Shown here piece after piece: positions 27,201 through 41,200 of a stretch of DNA of 64,000 bases. A program made the translations under genes and the position numbers. Origin of the DNA: Schmidtea nova. Lineage: Eukaryota. The number at the start of each line of letters is the position of its first letter. The stretch's first letter is position 1. The stretch is taken from positions 282,100,001 to 282,164,000 of the forward strand of contig CM097882.1 of assembly GCA_044892505.1 (NCBI GenBank). The letters are read 5' to 3'. The notes beneath the pieces were generated by a model. That model did not search any database and was not told where the DNA came from. It was given only the letters and a program-made list of their open reading frames with translations.

Positions 27201-30200
27201 AAACATAATGTAATAAATGAAGAATATTAATCTTTTACACGAAATTCAAATGGTTTTAACTTTTAACGTTTTAAAAAATTTGTAAATTATAAGTACGGCC
27301 GTACAATACTGCTTGGGAATTTTCACGAGATGTCATTATGTGGTAAACATTTTATATCACACAAACCGCTGTCCTAGCTAGTAAAATGATTACAAAGTGA
27401 AGCTCGTTTACGCGCTCATTTTGTATTGTAGGTCTGATACGCACGAACATATAAAGCGCGTTAACATGATAAAGATGCAGACAATTTTTGTTCCCAATAC
27501 ATTCACTGGCAAAGAAAAATCTACAATATCCAGAAGATTGAATAAAAGATTGTCATCCCCCCTCAAAAAAAAACACGGAAATAGAAATTATGAATTTTAT
27601 TACGACTAATTAAAAAGCTCATCTATATGGTCATTATCATTGATATCTTCCAGTTGAAGAAAAAGGATTTTCTTATCCTTATCTTTTTAATATGCAACTC
27701 TCCGACCAAGAAAAGAATAATTTTTAAACATAGAAACTTAGATTTAAAATATTATATTACATTAAAAATATGATTACATGACGAAATTACACAAGACGAA
27801 ATTACACGAGACGAAATTACACAAGATGAAATTACACGAGACGAAATTACACAAGATGAAATTACACTGAGACGAAATTACACGGGATGAAATTACACAA
27901 GACGAAATTACACTAAAAAATAGTAAAAAATAAAATTATTTTATTATTTATTATTTAATATTAAAATTATTAATATTATTAATATTATTAATTATTAATT
28001 ATTATTAATATTATTAATATTATTATTAATATTATTATTAATATTATTATTATTATCAATAATTCTCATAATGACTATAGATCAAATTTTTTTTATAAAC
28101 AATAACACAATATTTCGGCACAGCCTTTATCAAGTGAAATACACACTTGATAAAGGCTGTGCCGAAATATTGTGTTATTGTTTATAAAAAAATTTGATCT
28201 ATAGTCATTATGAGAATTATTGATAATAATAATAAAAAAAGATCAAAGGTGAAAAAAGATAATTATGATATTNNNNNNNNNNNNNNNNNNNNNNNNNNNN
28301 NNNNNNNNNNNNNNNNNNNNNNNNNNNNNNNNNNNNNNNNNNNNNNNNNNNNNNNNNNNNNNNNNNNNNNNNNNNNNNNNNNNNNNNNNNNNNNNNNNNN
28401 NNNNNNNNNNNNNNNNNNNNNNNNNNNNNNNNNNNNNNNNNNNNNNNNNNNNNNNNNNNNNNNNNAAATTATTATTTATTATTAAAATTATTTTATTATT
28501 TAAAATTTTCAATATATTTAATGCTAAATTTAATACTTAACTTTTACTAATTTTTTTTAAACTTTTTATTAAAACTTTTTACTAATTTTTTTTGAACTTA
28601 CTATTTTTTAGTGTAATTTCGTCTTGTGTAATTTCATCCCGTGTAATTTCGTCTCAGTGTAATTTCGTCTCAGTGTAATTTCATCTTGTGTAATTTCGTC
28701 TCGTGTAATTTCATCTTGTGTAATTTCGTCTCGTGTAATTTCGTCTTGTGTAATTTCGTCTTGTGTAATTTCGTCCTGACACCAAAAATATGAAAGTCAA
28801 GAACATTTTCTAGCACATTTTAAAATGCGTTCCGTAAAAGTAAATATTACAATTCAGTATATTAATGGGAAACAAACGGTAATTTAGATTTCAAATATAA
28901 TTCTTCATGAATTTGCACAGATAATTTCAAAGGAATAATGTGAGGATAAGGGATTAAATTAATAAGGCACTTCAATTGAATAAATCTATAAAATGTAATA
29001 TATATTTTATCCTAGATTTTATCACAAAAAATTTCAACAGCTGTTCATGATCGTAATAAAGCAAAATTAAAAAACATAGGCACTTTCCAAAGACTGAATA
29101 TACTTGAAGATTAAATAAATACGAAAACTAATCAGGAGGAATCACAAATATCAAGACTTAATCTAGTTTTAATGGGTATTTCACATTGTATTAGTAATCT
29201 CAGTAAAATACATATTTCTTTGGCGCTCTATAATGAACCAATGATATACGAACAATATTTTAAAATTAAATTCAATTATAACAAAGAATTACCTGCTGAA
29301 TATGGAAGTGTTTGATTCTTTAAATGAAGCGCAATTTCCGTAAGTAATGATCGAAAATTTGGTACATAATCACGCCATTTTACTTGTTGTGCTTGCACGA
29401 TCATGTCGATTTCCAATTGGATCATGCTCACTTCTAGGTGCCGATAAGGGGCCGGCGGTCTTGGCAGTTGGAGGGCAAATATTAATAAATGGAAAGCAAC
29501 TTCGATTAATCGGGCTTTAGAAGGCATCATTTGACGTTGAGGAGGTGAGATTTTTGACCAGTCAATAGATTCATTTACAAGACAGTTAATCAAGAATTGC
29601 ATTCGCTTCATTAAAGTTCTTGACTGTTAAATTAAAATTTTATTTTTAATATTAAAATTATTTTTATATTAAACAATATCAATAATTATTATCAAACGTA
29701 AATGTAAGATAAAGTGACGATTCCAGCTTTCAAGGTCATCAAATATAGTTTAATTGAATACATATGAATTTTAATAATTATTTTATTTTGTTGCTTTTAT
29801 TATTTAATTATTAATTAATTAATTTAAAAATTAATTTTAATAAAATAATCAGTTAATAAAAGGAAAAAATAAAATATATATATATATTAATTAAAAAATA
29901 AATAATGTAAAGTAATAAAATAAAAATTATTAAATAAATAAAATAATTAATTAATAAAAGCAATAAAATAAAGAAATAAAATAAAGAAACAATAATTTAA
30001 AAAATAAATAATATAAAGAGAAGATTTTTTTTTAATTACACGAATTTTCGGCACAGCCTTTTTTAAGTATGTACACTTACAACTCTCGATCAAGAAATAA
30101 TTAAAAATTTTAAATTATTTTATTGTCAAAAAAATTATCAACAAACTAGGTCAAATTCACAATTAACGGGCTGGAAAATTAACTTAAAATTATTGGATGC

Positions 30201-31164
30201 GATTCATTTTGTGAAAAATGCACGGGATCGAGTAAAGCCTGAGATAATTAAAAATTGTTTTAATAAAGCTGGGGTTTACTTGGCCACAAAGTCAGACCAA
30301 TGTTCTTGTGAATTAAATGTTAATGGCGATGACAGCACAAAACAGCACAATACCGGTAAGTGTGATCAGTAAAGTGATAATGATATTATAGATATGGTAT
30401 AACCCAATACAACAATCCAGGCGAATTCCCACTCTGAAGTTGAAATTTCTGATAATTCTGAGGCGATAGTTTTATTGACAGAAGTTCAAAATACGTTAAA
30501 AACTGTGTGAATGATTTTAGGTTGACAATATACACGAAGGATGAAATATATAAACTACATTTTACTGAGAATTTTGTTGATGCTCTACTCTGAAAATTTG
30601 AAACAGACAAAACTTGCATTAATATGTTTAATTCACTTTTCGTAATAATTTTTTTATGAATGGACGTACAAAATACATGAATAAATCTTACTTATTATAT
30701 TTTCATTGCTTTTGTCATTATTTACATCATACAGAATTAATTGTTATCTAGTAATAGGTATAATTTACACTTACAGTTAAAATGAATTGCGTTGTTTATA
30801 TTTTTATATCTTACATTAAATAATTTCAAATAATTTTAAACAGCAGAATAAATTTAAAATAAATAAAAAATGTTTATTTTATTTTGGAAACATGGGGAAT
30901 ATCTTCAAAAAAGTACTAATTTTAACAAATTCCAATATAAATTTTAAGAACTCCACTTATAACCAATTTGGTTTGCTATATTCGAAATTACTTTTATAGC
31001 AAACACATTTAAATCAAATCATTGCGACGGTCCCTTGGTTGTATGCTGTACCGGGATTTCAGTGTATATTCAATTAAAATATATTTTATGACTGTGCCGA
31101 AATATTGTGTTATTGTTAATAAAAAAAATTTTGATCTATAGTCATTATGAGAATTATTGATAAT

Positions 31165-31226
<62 letters not shown>

Positions 31227-31346
31227 CCCTTCTAGTTCATTGAAGTAGCATTAAAATGTATGTTTAAGTCATAAAATATATTTTAATTGAATTTTTTGTC
31301 ATTTAAATTCCGAGGAAAAAAGTGACATGCTATCATCCAACGAAAC

Positions 31347-31423
<77 letters not shown>

Positions 31424-34075
31424 GTCCGTTGGATGATAGCATGTCACTTTTTTCCTCGGAATTTAAATGACAAAAATTATTTAGATATGCTTAAATCTTG
31501 ATTCATATCATAGTTCAGTCGCAGAATGCTTTATCTAACCCATACTTTCTTCATAATAATCAACACCCAAGTAACATTCAACTGAAAAACTTCCGTTATC
31601 ATTTGGTAAAAGATATATCAAAGTATAGCACAAAGAAATGGTTATCCAAAGATTGCCATAAGCCAAAACGTCATTCAACTACCCGAAAAGCACTTCCAAT
31701 AACAAATTTTTAAGCCAGCCACAAAATCATCAACACAAGAGCATTGTTACGTTTGTAATACTTCAATAAAGTAAAAAATTAACAAAATATCAATTCAATG
31801 GATTTCTTGTAGGATTGTGTTGCATTATGTGCTAATAATGAAAATGTTATTCAATTAAAAAAATAATCGTTCTCATTATCAGAAAATTTCATTTAAAAAA
31901 TTAGATTTAGTCAAAAAATGAAAAGATCAAAGGCGAACAAAATAAAAGAGGTTCATGATTGTTCTCATTATATTATTATTATTATTATTATTCGATATTT
32001 GAGAGAAAAGGTAAGAAAACAAAAACAATTTCCAAGAAAGAAATATTGGAAAAAATCAATAACAAATAAAACCTCATATGCTTCATCCGTTTCTATGTGA
32101 TATTCTGAGGACTTGTTGCTAGCACTGAAAGTTGTAGAGAGCACATTGTTATTATTGGAGTAATTATACCCTCGGTGTCGACGGATGTTTTTGTTGCTAG
32201 AGGAAAAGTGATTTTTAAAATGATGTGGCTGTTGCAATTGAGTTTGTGAATTGTTTCCAAAATTATGATTTAATTGATTGACTTCATTAGATTTTTGGTA
32301 TTCAGAAACTTTTTGTATAAGTGCCATTCTTGCCAACCGATAGAATTTTTCACAAATTTCCACTTTTTGTTTTAGCATTTCTTCCGCTAACTGATATGCC
32401 AATTGAGCTGCCTCATTTGGATACCCATGATAGCAAAGGGCTTCACATTTCGCATATTTCAACTAAAATTAAATACGAATTCTAAACTCAAAATAATAAT
32501 TTTCTTTATAAATATTATTGTTTTTCATAATGTATTTAATAAGCTCTTAACCTTAGAATAATAATAAAAAATTACAAAAGACTTTTGTTTTGGTATTAAA
32601 TTTCGCTAATATAATGTAATGCTTACTAATAAATTAATCAAATTTAAATTAATTGTTAATGAATAATTTATCATATTTAAAACCAACTATAAATTAATCT
32701 AGTGTTGTCTTACACTGAGATTTATAAATTAATGGAAGAGGTACTGATTTTTTTAAACACCGTTGATTTTTCGTCTTCCTTATAACAGGTAAAGGAATAA
32801 ATAGTTCAAGTTGTATTTGCACATAATATGAAGGTATTTCTATTATTTTTTATCTAGTAACCAGGTGCTCTCATCTCTTTACTACAAGCCAATGTTTTTT
32901 CGGAAATGTCTTCCAAAAAACGCACGTTTCATCTGCATTAAAAATAAAATCATCGCATATCTTTTTGAAATCGATAAAGGCTTTTACAGTGGAAATAAAA
33001 TTGTCAATTTTATTTGTATTGGTAGATAACGTTTCATCAGTTATTTAAAGTTCCCGAATATCACGCGAACTTTTAAAATTATGTAGCCTCATGGCGATAG
33101 CTTTGAAGTGTTCCCTAGCGCTTATTTCCTCATTGAAAATAGAGCCTTTTTGCACAATATAGGGCCAGATTTGATAATTAAAAATTTACTGTATATAAAA
33201 TTATGAAAGTAATTTATAATTACATTTTACAATAAAATCTTATACATATTAATATGATTTATGTATTTATATCAACTAAGCAATATCGAGAGAATAATAG
33301 CTGTTTAAATATTCGATTTGACAACGTTCAGTTTTGAAATTGTAAAATTTATAATATGATTCACTAGGTATTTGAGTGACTCTGAAACACTACTGATTAT
33401 TATAAGTAATATACACATTTTATAAAAATAATTCATTATAATAAATAATATGAAATTAAAAAATAAAATCAATGTCTATAACGTTAGAAGAAAGTGATAC
33501 TATCTCTCGAAATAGAAAACACTTCATATGGACTCTTTGTACCCGATATTAATATTGTTGTTCGGAGTCATTGAATATGAATTTAAACAATAGAAGAAAA
33601 ATTGATATTTAAACAAATCTCTGCCATTTTTGAGGGGTTATAGCTAGTATACTAATAAATATTAAATATGTGATATTTTTGTAAACTTCCTTGTAAGTTA
33701 TATGACAGACGGTTTTATGGGAAACATGAAGCAGAAGCTTCAGGGTCCAGCTTTACAAGAGGCGTCACAATAACAAGGGTTTTCTGATTTTTTTACAATA
33801 ATGTTAATTTATTTAATCATTTATTATGTTTGTATAATAGTTGATCAATTTTCTTCTTTTGTTTCTTGTTGTACAGATATCTTTTGAGATTGGACAAATA
33901 ATATATTGGATTTTGTTTAGAAATGATAAATTAATATTTAAGAAGAAACTAAACAATCACATAAAATGTATGATTTTTGTATTACAATCCTTTAGCTAAT
34001 TCTACAATTTTTGATAAGTGCTGTGTAAAACACATAGACGCATATATAGTATATTTCATTTTTAAGTAACTTGAA

Positions 34076-34137
<62 letters not shown>

Positions 34138-35243
34138 CAATAATTCCCATAATGGATGACCATAGATCAAAATTTCCTTAAATATTGTGTACTTATTTAA
34201 GGAAATTTTGATCTATAGTCATCCATTATGGGAATTATTGATAATAATATTAAAAAAGATCAAAGGTGAAATAAAAACAAAAAGATAATTATGATTATAT
34301 ATATTCATTTTTGAAGTAACTTGAAGTCGCATTATTATATTTACTTTTAGTTAATTCTTATTTCAATTGCTTTCTTTTTAAAATTTCAAAACAAATTTCT
34401 GAATTATAAACCGAATTCTGCTTTAGGGATAACTGATAAAAATTTTAATTTATTTATGATCATGTATGATATATTATTTTTGCTTCAAATAAAGCGTAAT
34501 TGCTAATAAATAAATTATAGAGTACACAGTTTTTCCCATTATACAATCAGCAAGTTGATAAGTTCTCAATTGAGAAATAACTGAATACATATTGTAAAAT
34601 ATAATAAAATGTAATACGTCATTTTAACTCGGGGAATTATAATTATTATTAATAAAGAGATTATTTCATATCGTCACTAGAAAAGTGAAATTGAAAGAAT
34701 GAGTCATATTTTTATGATGAGATTTTTAAGGAATTACTTTAAAATAAATTTTAAAATATTATTAGATTCTAGCAGTCAATTCTTGTATGTTTTCTAGTTA
34801 TCAATAATGTAAATTTATTATTCGGTAATGTGTATTAAAAATTTATTTTTAATATAATATATAATATAATATATAATATTTAAAAAATTAAATCATACGT
34901 CAGTTTCATTAAAGTGTTCTTTAACATTGTCAAGGATTGATGCACCAACGACATTTGGTTCACTAACAAACTCAGAATAATTGTCACCGAGTGCAGTTGA
35001 GTCCGGTTCGGTATTATTCTTGTTGTGGCTGCCACTGTCATAGTCGATCTCACAGTCGTCAATACTGGACGAGTTGCTGCTGTCGAGTGTATTGTTACTT
35101 TTTAAATCAAAACTATTCATTAAATCTCCATTTTCCATGTTATTAACATAAATTTCATCAATTTGTTCGGTTTTAATTGATTCGTCCACAGATTGTGTAC
35201 TCATTTCAAATTTATTTTGCAAAGTCATGCAAATTCTACAAAA

Positions 35244-35298
<55 letters not shown>

Positions 35299-38200
35299 GT
35301 GAAATTACTTAAAAATAAATTGATTTTATTTTTATGAAAAAACATGTTTTTAGAAATCTTCAAAAATGAAATTATTACAAAATAAATTAATTTTCTTCGC
35401 GTTTTTTGTTTACTTTTCAGTGATTTATATAGTCTAAAGAATATTTATAAGTAATAAATACAAATAGTAGTGAAAAATACAAAAAGTAGTGAACAATTAT
35501 TATAAAAGTTTTATTTTATTTCATTTACTTATTTATTTTAATTTAGATACATAAATTCATTAGAAGATTTTTAAAAAATTGCATGGAATGATTGCGTTCA
35601 TTGAGAAAGCGATTAATAAGAAATGCAAAGCATAGAAGTCAGTAGAATGGCGTGTGTGAAATAGTATCCAATCTTCAGCTCGTTAACCTTCAACAGCGTA
35701 ATTAAGAGAAATCATACAAAAATAATTACATCCTTCCATATCACTGAAGTTGACAAAAAGTTACAACATTTATCAAACAATAAATAATAATCTAAGAAAA
35801 TTAGTTAAAGTCAAATCAAGCAAGTCAAAGCATAAAAGATCAAAAATATAGTTGAATATCATTCATTACGAGGTCACACATAAAACATTCAACGATACTT
35901 GTTCGCTCGTTGATATTACTTATTTAAGACATTTCGAAGCTAATTCATTTATTTTTGTCATTCACATTAATAGTCTTTAGAATAGTATTATTTCTAGTAT
36001 ACTAAATGCAAATGATCACAACTATAGTTTTTTTCCACTTTTAAAAAAGCAATCATTGCATACTATGAGAAGTTGGTGTCTTGACATATTTTAAGGTTTT
36101 CAATTTTTCACGGTAGATTAAAATTAACAAAAAGAATTTGTTGATTTTATGATTTGAATAATTAAATCAGGTCTGAAAGTACCATACATAAATTGCTCAG
36201 CATTAATTTTAAAATCTTTGCTAATAAGAATTTAGTACTAATTGTTTGGTAGCTATCGGAAAAATAGATAGTCATTAAATATGGGGTGTTGGATTTTGTG
36301 ATTTATATTACAAATAGTAATTATTTTTCATTCGAAACTGGGTATAATTTACATTTAGCATTAATGGTCATTACATTGAACAAATGATAAATTTCCCTTA
36401 AATTTAGTAAGTTTCCCATTATAATTGTAAATTCGTTTAAATTTATTAAAAATTCCCAACTAATTGCGCTTACCGAAATTATTAAAATGTAAGGAAAAAA
36501 GAATAAAATAAATAAATATGTTATTTTGTACTTTCAATTTTTTATTTTATTTTTGGTCCATTTTGCTTGATACAGTATGAGAACTTACTAATTTAGAGGA
36601 AACTAGTCATTTATCCCTTTGAATTATGCTTTAATATCCAAATTATTATGTAATAGGAATTTTATCAAGCAATTTTAATAAACAAAATGTTATTAGAAAT
36701 CTTTAATTATTTACTTTAATGAAATTAAAAAGAATTTTTTTTTAATATAAAAACTAATTATTATAAAATAAAATATTAAAAAAATTATTTACCTGCAGGC
36801 TTCCATTGCTGATTTAAATCCAACAAATTGTTTTTGGACTTCTTCGTCTGTTATTGATATATCCTTATTAAGGTGATTAAAATTGCTTGAACTGTTAACA
36901 ACATTTGATGAATGCCTATGACTGCCATTGACATTATTTACGTTATTATTAGTTCCACCATTATTGTTAGTATTGTTATTGTTATTAAAGATAGCCCTGC
37001 TTGGAGGCTTATCTAAGCACATTATAGAAGTTTTGATAACAGATTTGTGAATAGATTGGATTTCTTCCATTAAATTTTTGACTGTGTCATTGAGAACTTC
37101 AGACCTGTGAGCTTGTAATCTGCGAGGTGTCATGAATAAACATGTCGGTAGACAGTACCGTAAAGCGGCAATTCTCCATAACTGAACCATTTCATCGCAA
37201 AAATACGCTGATGCATATGGAGAATGCAGTGAATTGTTTGATTGAGAATTGGATTTTATACATGAATCTTGATTCAATTTTACGCAATACCACCACATCA
37301 TTATCTAGACAGATAAATACCAATTACAATACTAGATAAGAAATAAAATTATTTGCCAAAAGTAATATTAAGAGATTTTTTTTTATTTCAAGCACAAGCT
37401 AAAAGTTATTTCTGTTTCTCTTTTTATAAGTTCAACATACAATTTTAGAATAACAAACGCTGTTGGCAATAACATTTAACTGGGTAAGTCTCCAAGTTAT
37501 GTGAAAGTCTATAAATCCAATTCAAAAAAAATGCTTTATTTCAGATAAAAAACTTTTAAGACCAACTGCATCTAAATATTCTAGATAGAAATACATTTTT
37601 AGAAAATTGTTTACATCCTTTAATTAGACTTTGAAAAGAGGTAATTTAAGATAATGTCTATGGGTTAAACTAATCAAAGTAAACATTCAATATGTTGATA
37701 AATACAATCTATAAAATCTATTGTGACAATCAAGTGTATTTCAAGTGGTTTAGAAACCATCATAATGAATATTTTTTAATTAAAAAATGTAATTAATAGC
37801 AGTAAAGTAAATACGTAACAATATAAAAAAACTTTGAAAATACTTACTAATTCTGATTCCAATAAACAATTTGTAAGTATTCTCAATAAGCAAAGTGCGT
37901 TGCTGTCTTCTCGTCTGAACATGTCTCGAATTATACTGATCAAGTTCCAAATGCCTTCGGGTTCTTTGCCTCGCATCGGTCTAAGTATGTTTTGATATTC
38001 TTGGGCCAATAATGGTAAGTTATTTGATAAATGTCTAGGATCGCTGAAAGATATTTTATAAAAGTTAATTTCGCTTTTGTAAATCAATTATATTTTTATT
38101 TTACGACTATTTTAATTGGTATGAAATTTCCGAAATACACCGAATGATATAGGAATCTTTGAAATTAAAAGAAATTAGATACACGTGGATTATGAACATA

Positions 38201-41200
38201 TGACTGTAATTATATAATTATATGATTAGATTAACCTTTATCATGGCTTGCAATCCTTTGAAATTGAAAAAAAAGATTTTCCCATTCCCTTCAAAAGAAC
38301 ATGGAAATAAAAATTATGAATTTTATAACGATATTAATTAAAAAGCTTGATAGAAATGGTTTATATCTTACAGTCTTATTTTAAAGGAGTCTCTTCATAA
38401 GATGTCTTCATAAGATGCAGTTGTCAGACCAAGAAGAGAATAATTTTTCAACAAAAAAACTTAGATTAAACATTGATATATTAGAGAATATGGTAAAAGA
38501 TTTAAGATATTTTAGGAAATGTACCTCGAGATGAATAATAAGAAATGGAAAATATTGCCTAATAGATTCTAAAACAAAGAGTAGAATGGTAATATTACCA
38601 AAATATGAACCTGGATCATCAAGATTAACCCAACAGCAAAGTAATGATCTTAAAGCATTCTAAATAATTTTTATCGAATGTACAACTTTCCAAAACATAA
38701 TTAAAGTTTAACAAGTCTGTTTTATAAAAATTGAATTATGGAAAATTTAATAATTTCCGTTAATTTTTCAGGGAGCATGTTGACTGTCGCGATATTAATA
38801 TTTTAGGCAATCTCCAGTTACAATATACTTTCATTTACTAAAATGTACTATTTCCAATAGTAAACAAAAGCTGAATAAGAGCTCGTAAACTAAAAAGGTT
38901 TCAAACAAACATTGTTCTACGAGATAAGTCATACCATAAGGACTTTTAATTTTAGTCATATTTGATATTTTACTTCAATATCAAATATTTTCATTTTTTA
39001 AAACAATAAATCAAAGCTTTTCATTGGAACATGAATTTTCGGCACAATATTTTTCACATTTTTGAAAAACTAGTTTTTCTTTTCAAGTAGATATGAATCT
39101 CATTCGATTATCATGGTATTCAAGGTTTTGATAAAATTTAATTTGAATATTATATTATATTACATACGTACATCCCACTGCATATAGCTCTTGTTTAATT
39201 GACAATTCTGCTTATAAATAAAACCCAATGAATGATGATGAATCAAATCCATATGAATAATATATACATATAAATATACACAATCTCAACGCTACAAATC
39301 TAACATTTCCACCCACATTATCCATGTCTTGTGCTATCAATCAAAAAACAGCCACCTCAAACTTTGATCGTTATTTTCTTTTAATAATGCCAAGCCAAAA
39401 TTTAAATCAGTTTTAGACATTTATTTTATTTTTTTAATTAGATTTTTTTATATCAATAATCAAAAATGAAATTTCATTAAATTGTTAAATTAAGGGGGAG
39501 GCGGGAAATAGAACAAAAATTGTCAAAAATTATTTAATTAATACACAAACAAATCAATAACGTACCCGTAAACCACTGGTTTGGGCACACAAAATTTCTG
39601 TAAGATCTTGGAAATGTTTCCTTGAATGTATGAATGATCGAAAAACCACATGGATTGATCTTCTGATGAAGCACCTGCTGTTAAATCTAGAGTGAAGAAT
39701 TCAATAAATTCGTAGAAAAAACGTTTCGAAATCGTACCAGGAGCACCCCGGATTGATTTCATTGGATTGTTAGTCGATGCCAGCAATTCATCAAGGATGT
39801 TTTGAGCAGCTGGTAATATCTGAAAAATAGGGATAAAATTTTCAACTGTTTACCTTCAAAATACATAAATGAAAATTTGAAAAGGTAATGATTTTAAACT
39901 GCTTTCTTGCGCAAGCTTGCTATTAAATTAGCCGCATTCCTTTCTGTTAAGCCATCATATATTGAAAGATGAAATGTGTTGGATGCCCATTGCATATGAG
40001 AGAGATACTTGAGAACCCAATTAAAGAATTAATAATTGCAGTTTCAATAGCATTCTGAAAGCTCTCACTAATATTATCTAAAGGATCTTATTGAGCCCCA
40101 TATGCATTCTTGAACCAAAAAACAATAAACCATTTTCATTTTCATTTAAATTCAATAAAAGTTTTCGTCTGTGTCAAATCGGGAGTCGATATTTTTTTAC
40201 CAACTTCCGAATTCGACTTCACTAAACAGTTTCAACTCTTCGACTCCTGACTCACAATCCCTGGTGTTAATTATACACCAAGTACTGTTCAGTAGCCGAT
40301 AATTATAAATAGTATGTTAAGGTTATTTATTTCCAATATTATATTCGTCTATTTAATTTAATTTTTATTATTATCCTTTTTTTAGGATGTAATTATTCAC
40401 GGACACAAAACACATTTTACTAATGCAAATTTTAATTTTTCAACAAATATATCAGTTTTTAATGCAACCAAGATGAAATCATGAAATAGCATTTGAGTAA
40501 TAGAGAAAAAGATATGTGCACCTCCTTGTACATGATCTATTGGCACTACCTTGACCACGTGAAATACAAGAGCAAATAACCAGTTTATCAAATGTCTTAA
40601 AATGTGCACTTAATGTTGGTAAAGATTGATAACCACTGACATAACGTGAGACTAAATCAATTTTAGTTTACTAAATGCTTATTCACAGTTTATTAACGGA
40701 GGTTTGCTGATTTTGCTGTATTGTACTATAGACGCATTGATTTAATACGGTGCAAATACAATAAATATGCACCAAGCCGTGTTTCAAATATCGATATATC
40801 ATAAAATGATTGAAGATTTTGGTGATAATGAAGGACCCCATAATTGCAATGACTCTTCAACTTATTGATTTATTTTACCGTAATTTATTTCAGATAAAAG
40901 ATCAAAAAAATTTGTTTCTCCTATTCAACACAAATTTTCGGAACTGACTTTCAAGTTATTAAAGGAAAAACGGAAGTGTCGAAAATATCAAAATTGAAAA
41001 AAATCGGACTACAGCCTGTCGTAATACCAGGCCATGTCAATCCGGGAGGACCGACGGCAGATATATAAATTTAAGTATTCGCAATGCACTGTTGGTCAAT
41101 AAATTGCTTTTTCTGTTAATAGCAAGGGACCGACATGGCTATCGTAAACAATTTGCTTTTTTGAATTTTGATTTACCTCTTTTTTGGCCTATCTAGGATA

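Larger units (their letters stand above)
27777..28778. mobile_element. Foldback-like element whose inverted ends are arrays of a 15-bp unit (GACGAAATTACACAA)
   Basis: About 9 units at 27777-27915 and about 11 reverse-complement units at 28610-28778. Encloses a hairpin and an N gap. Confidence 0.8.
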
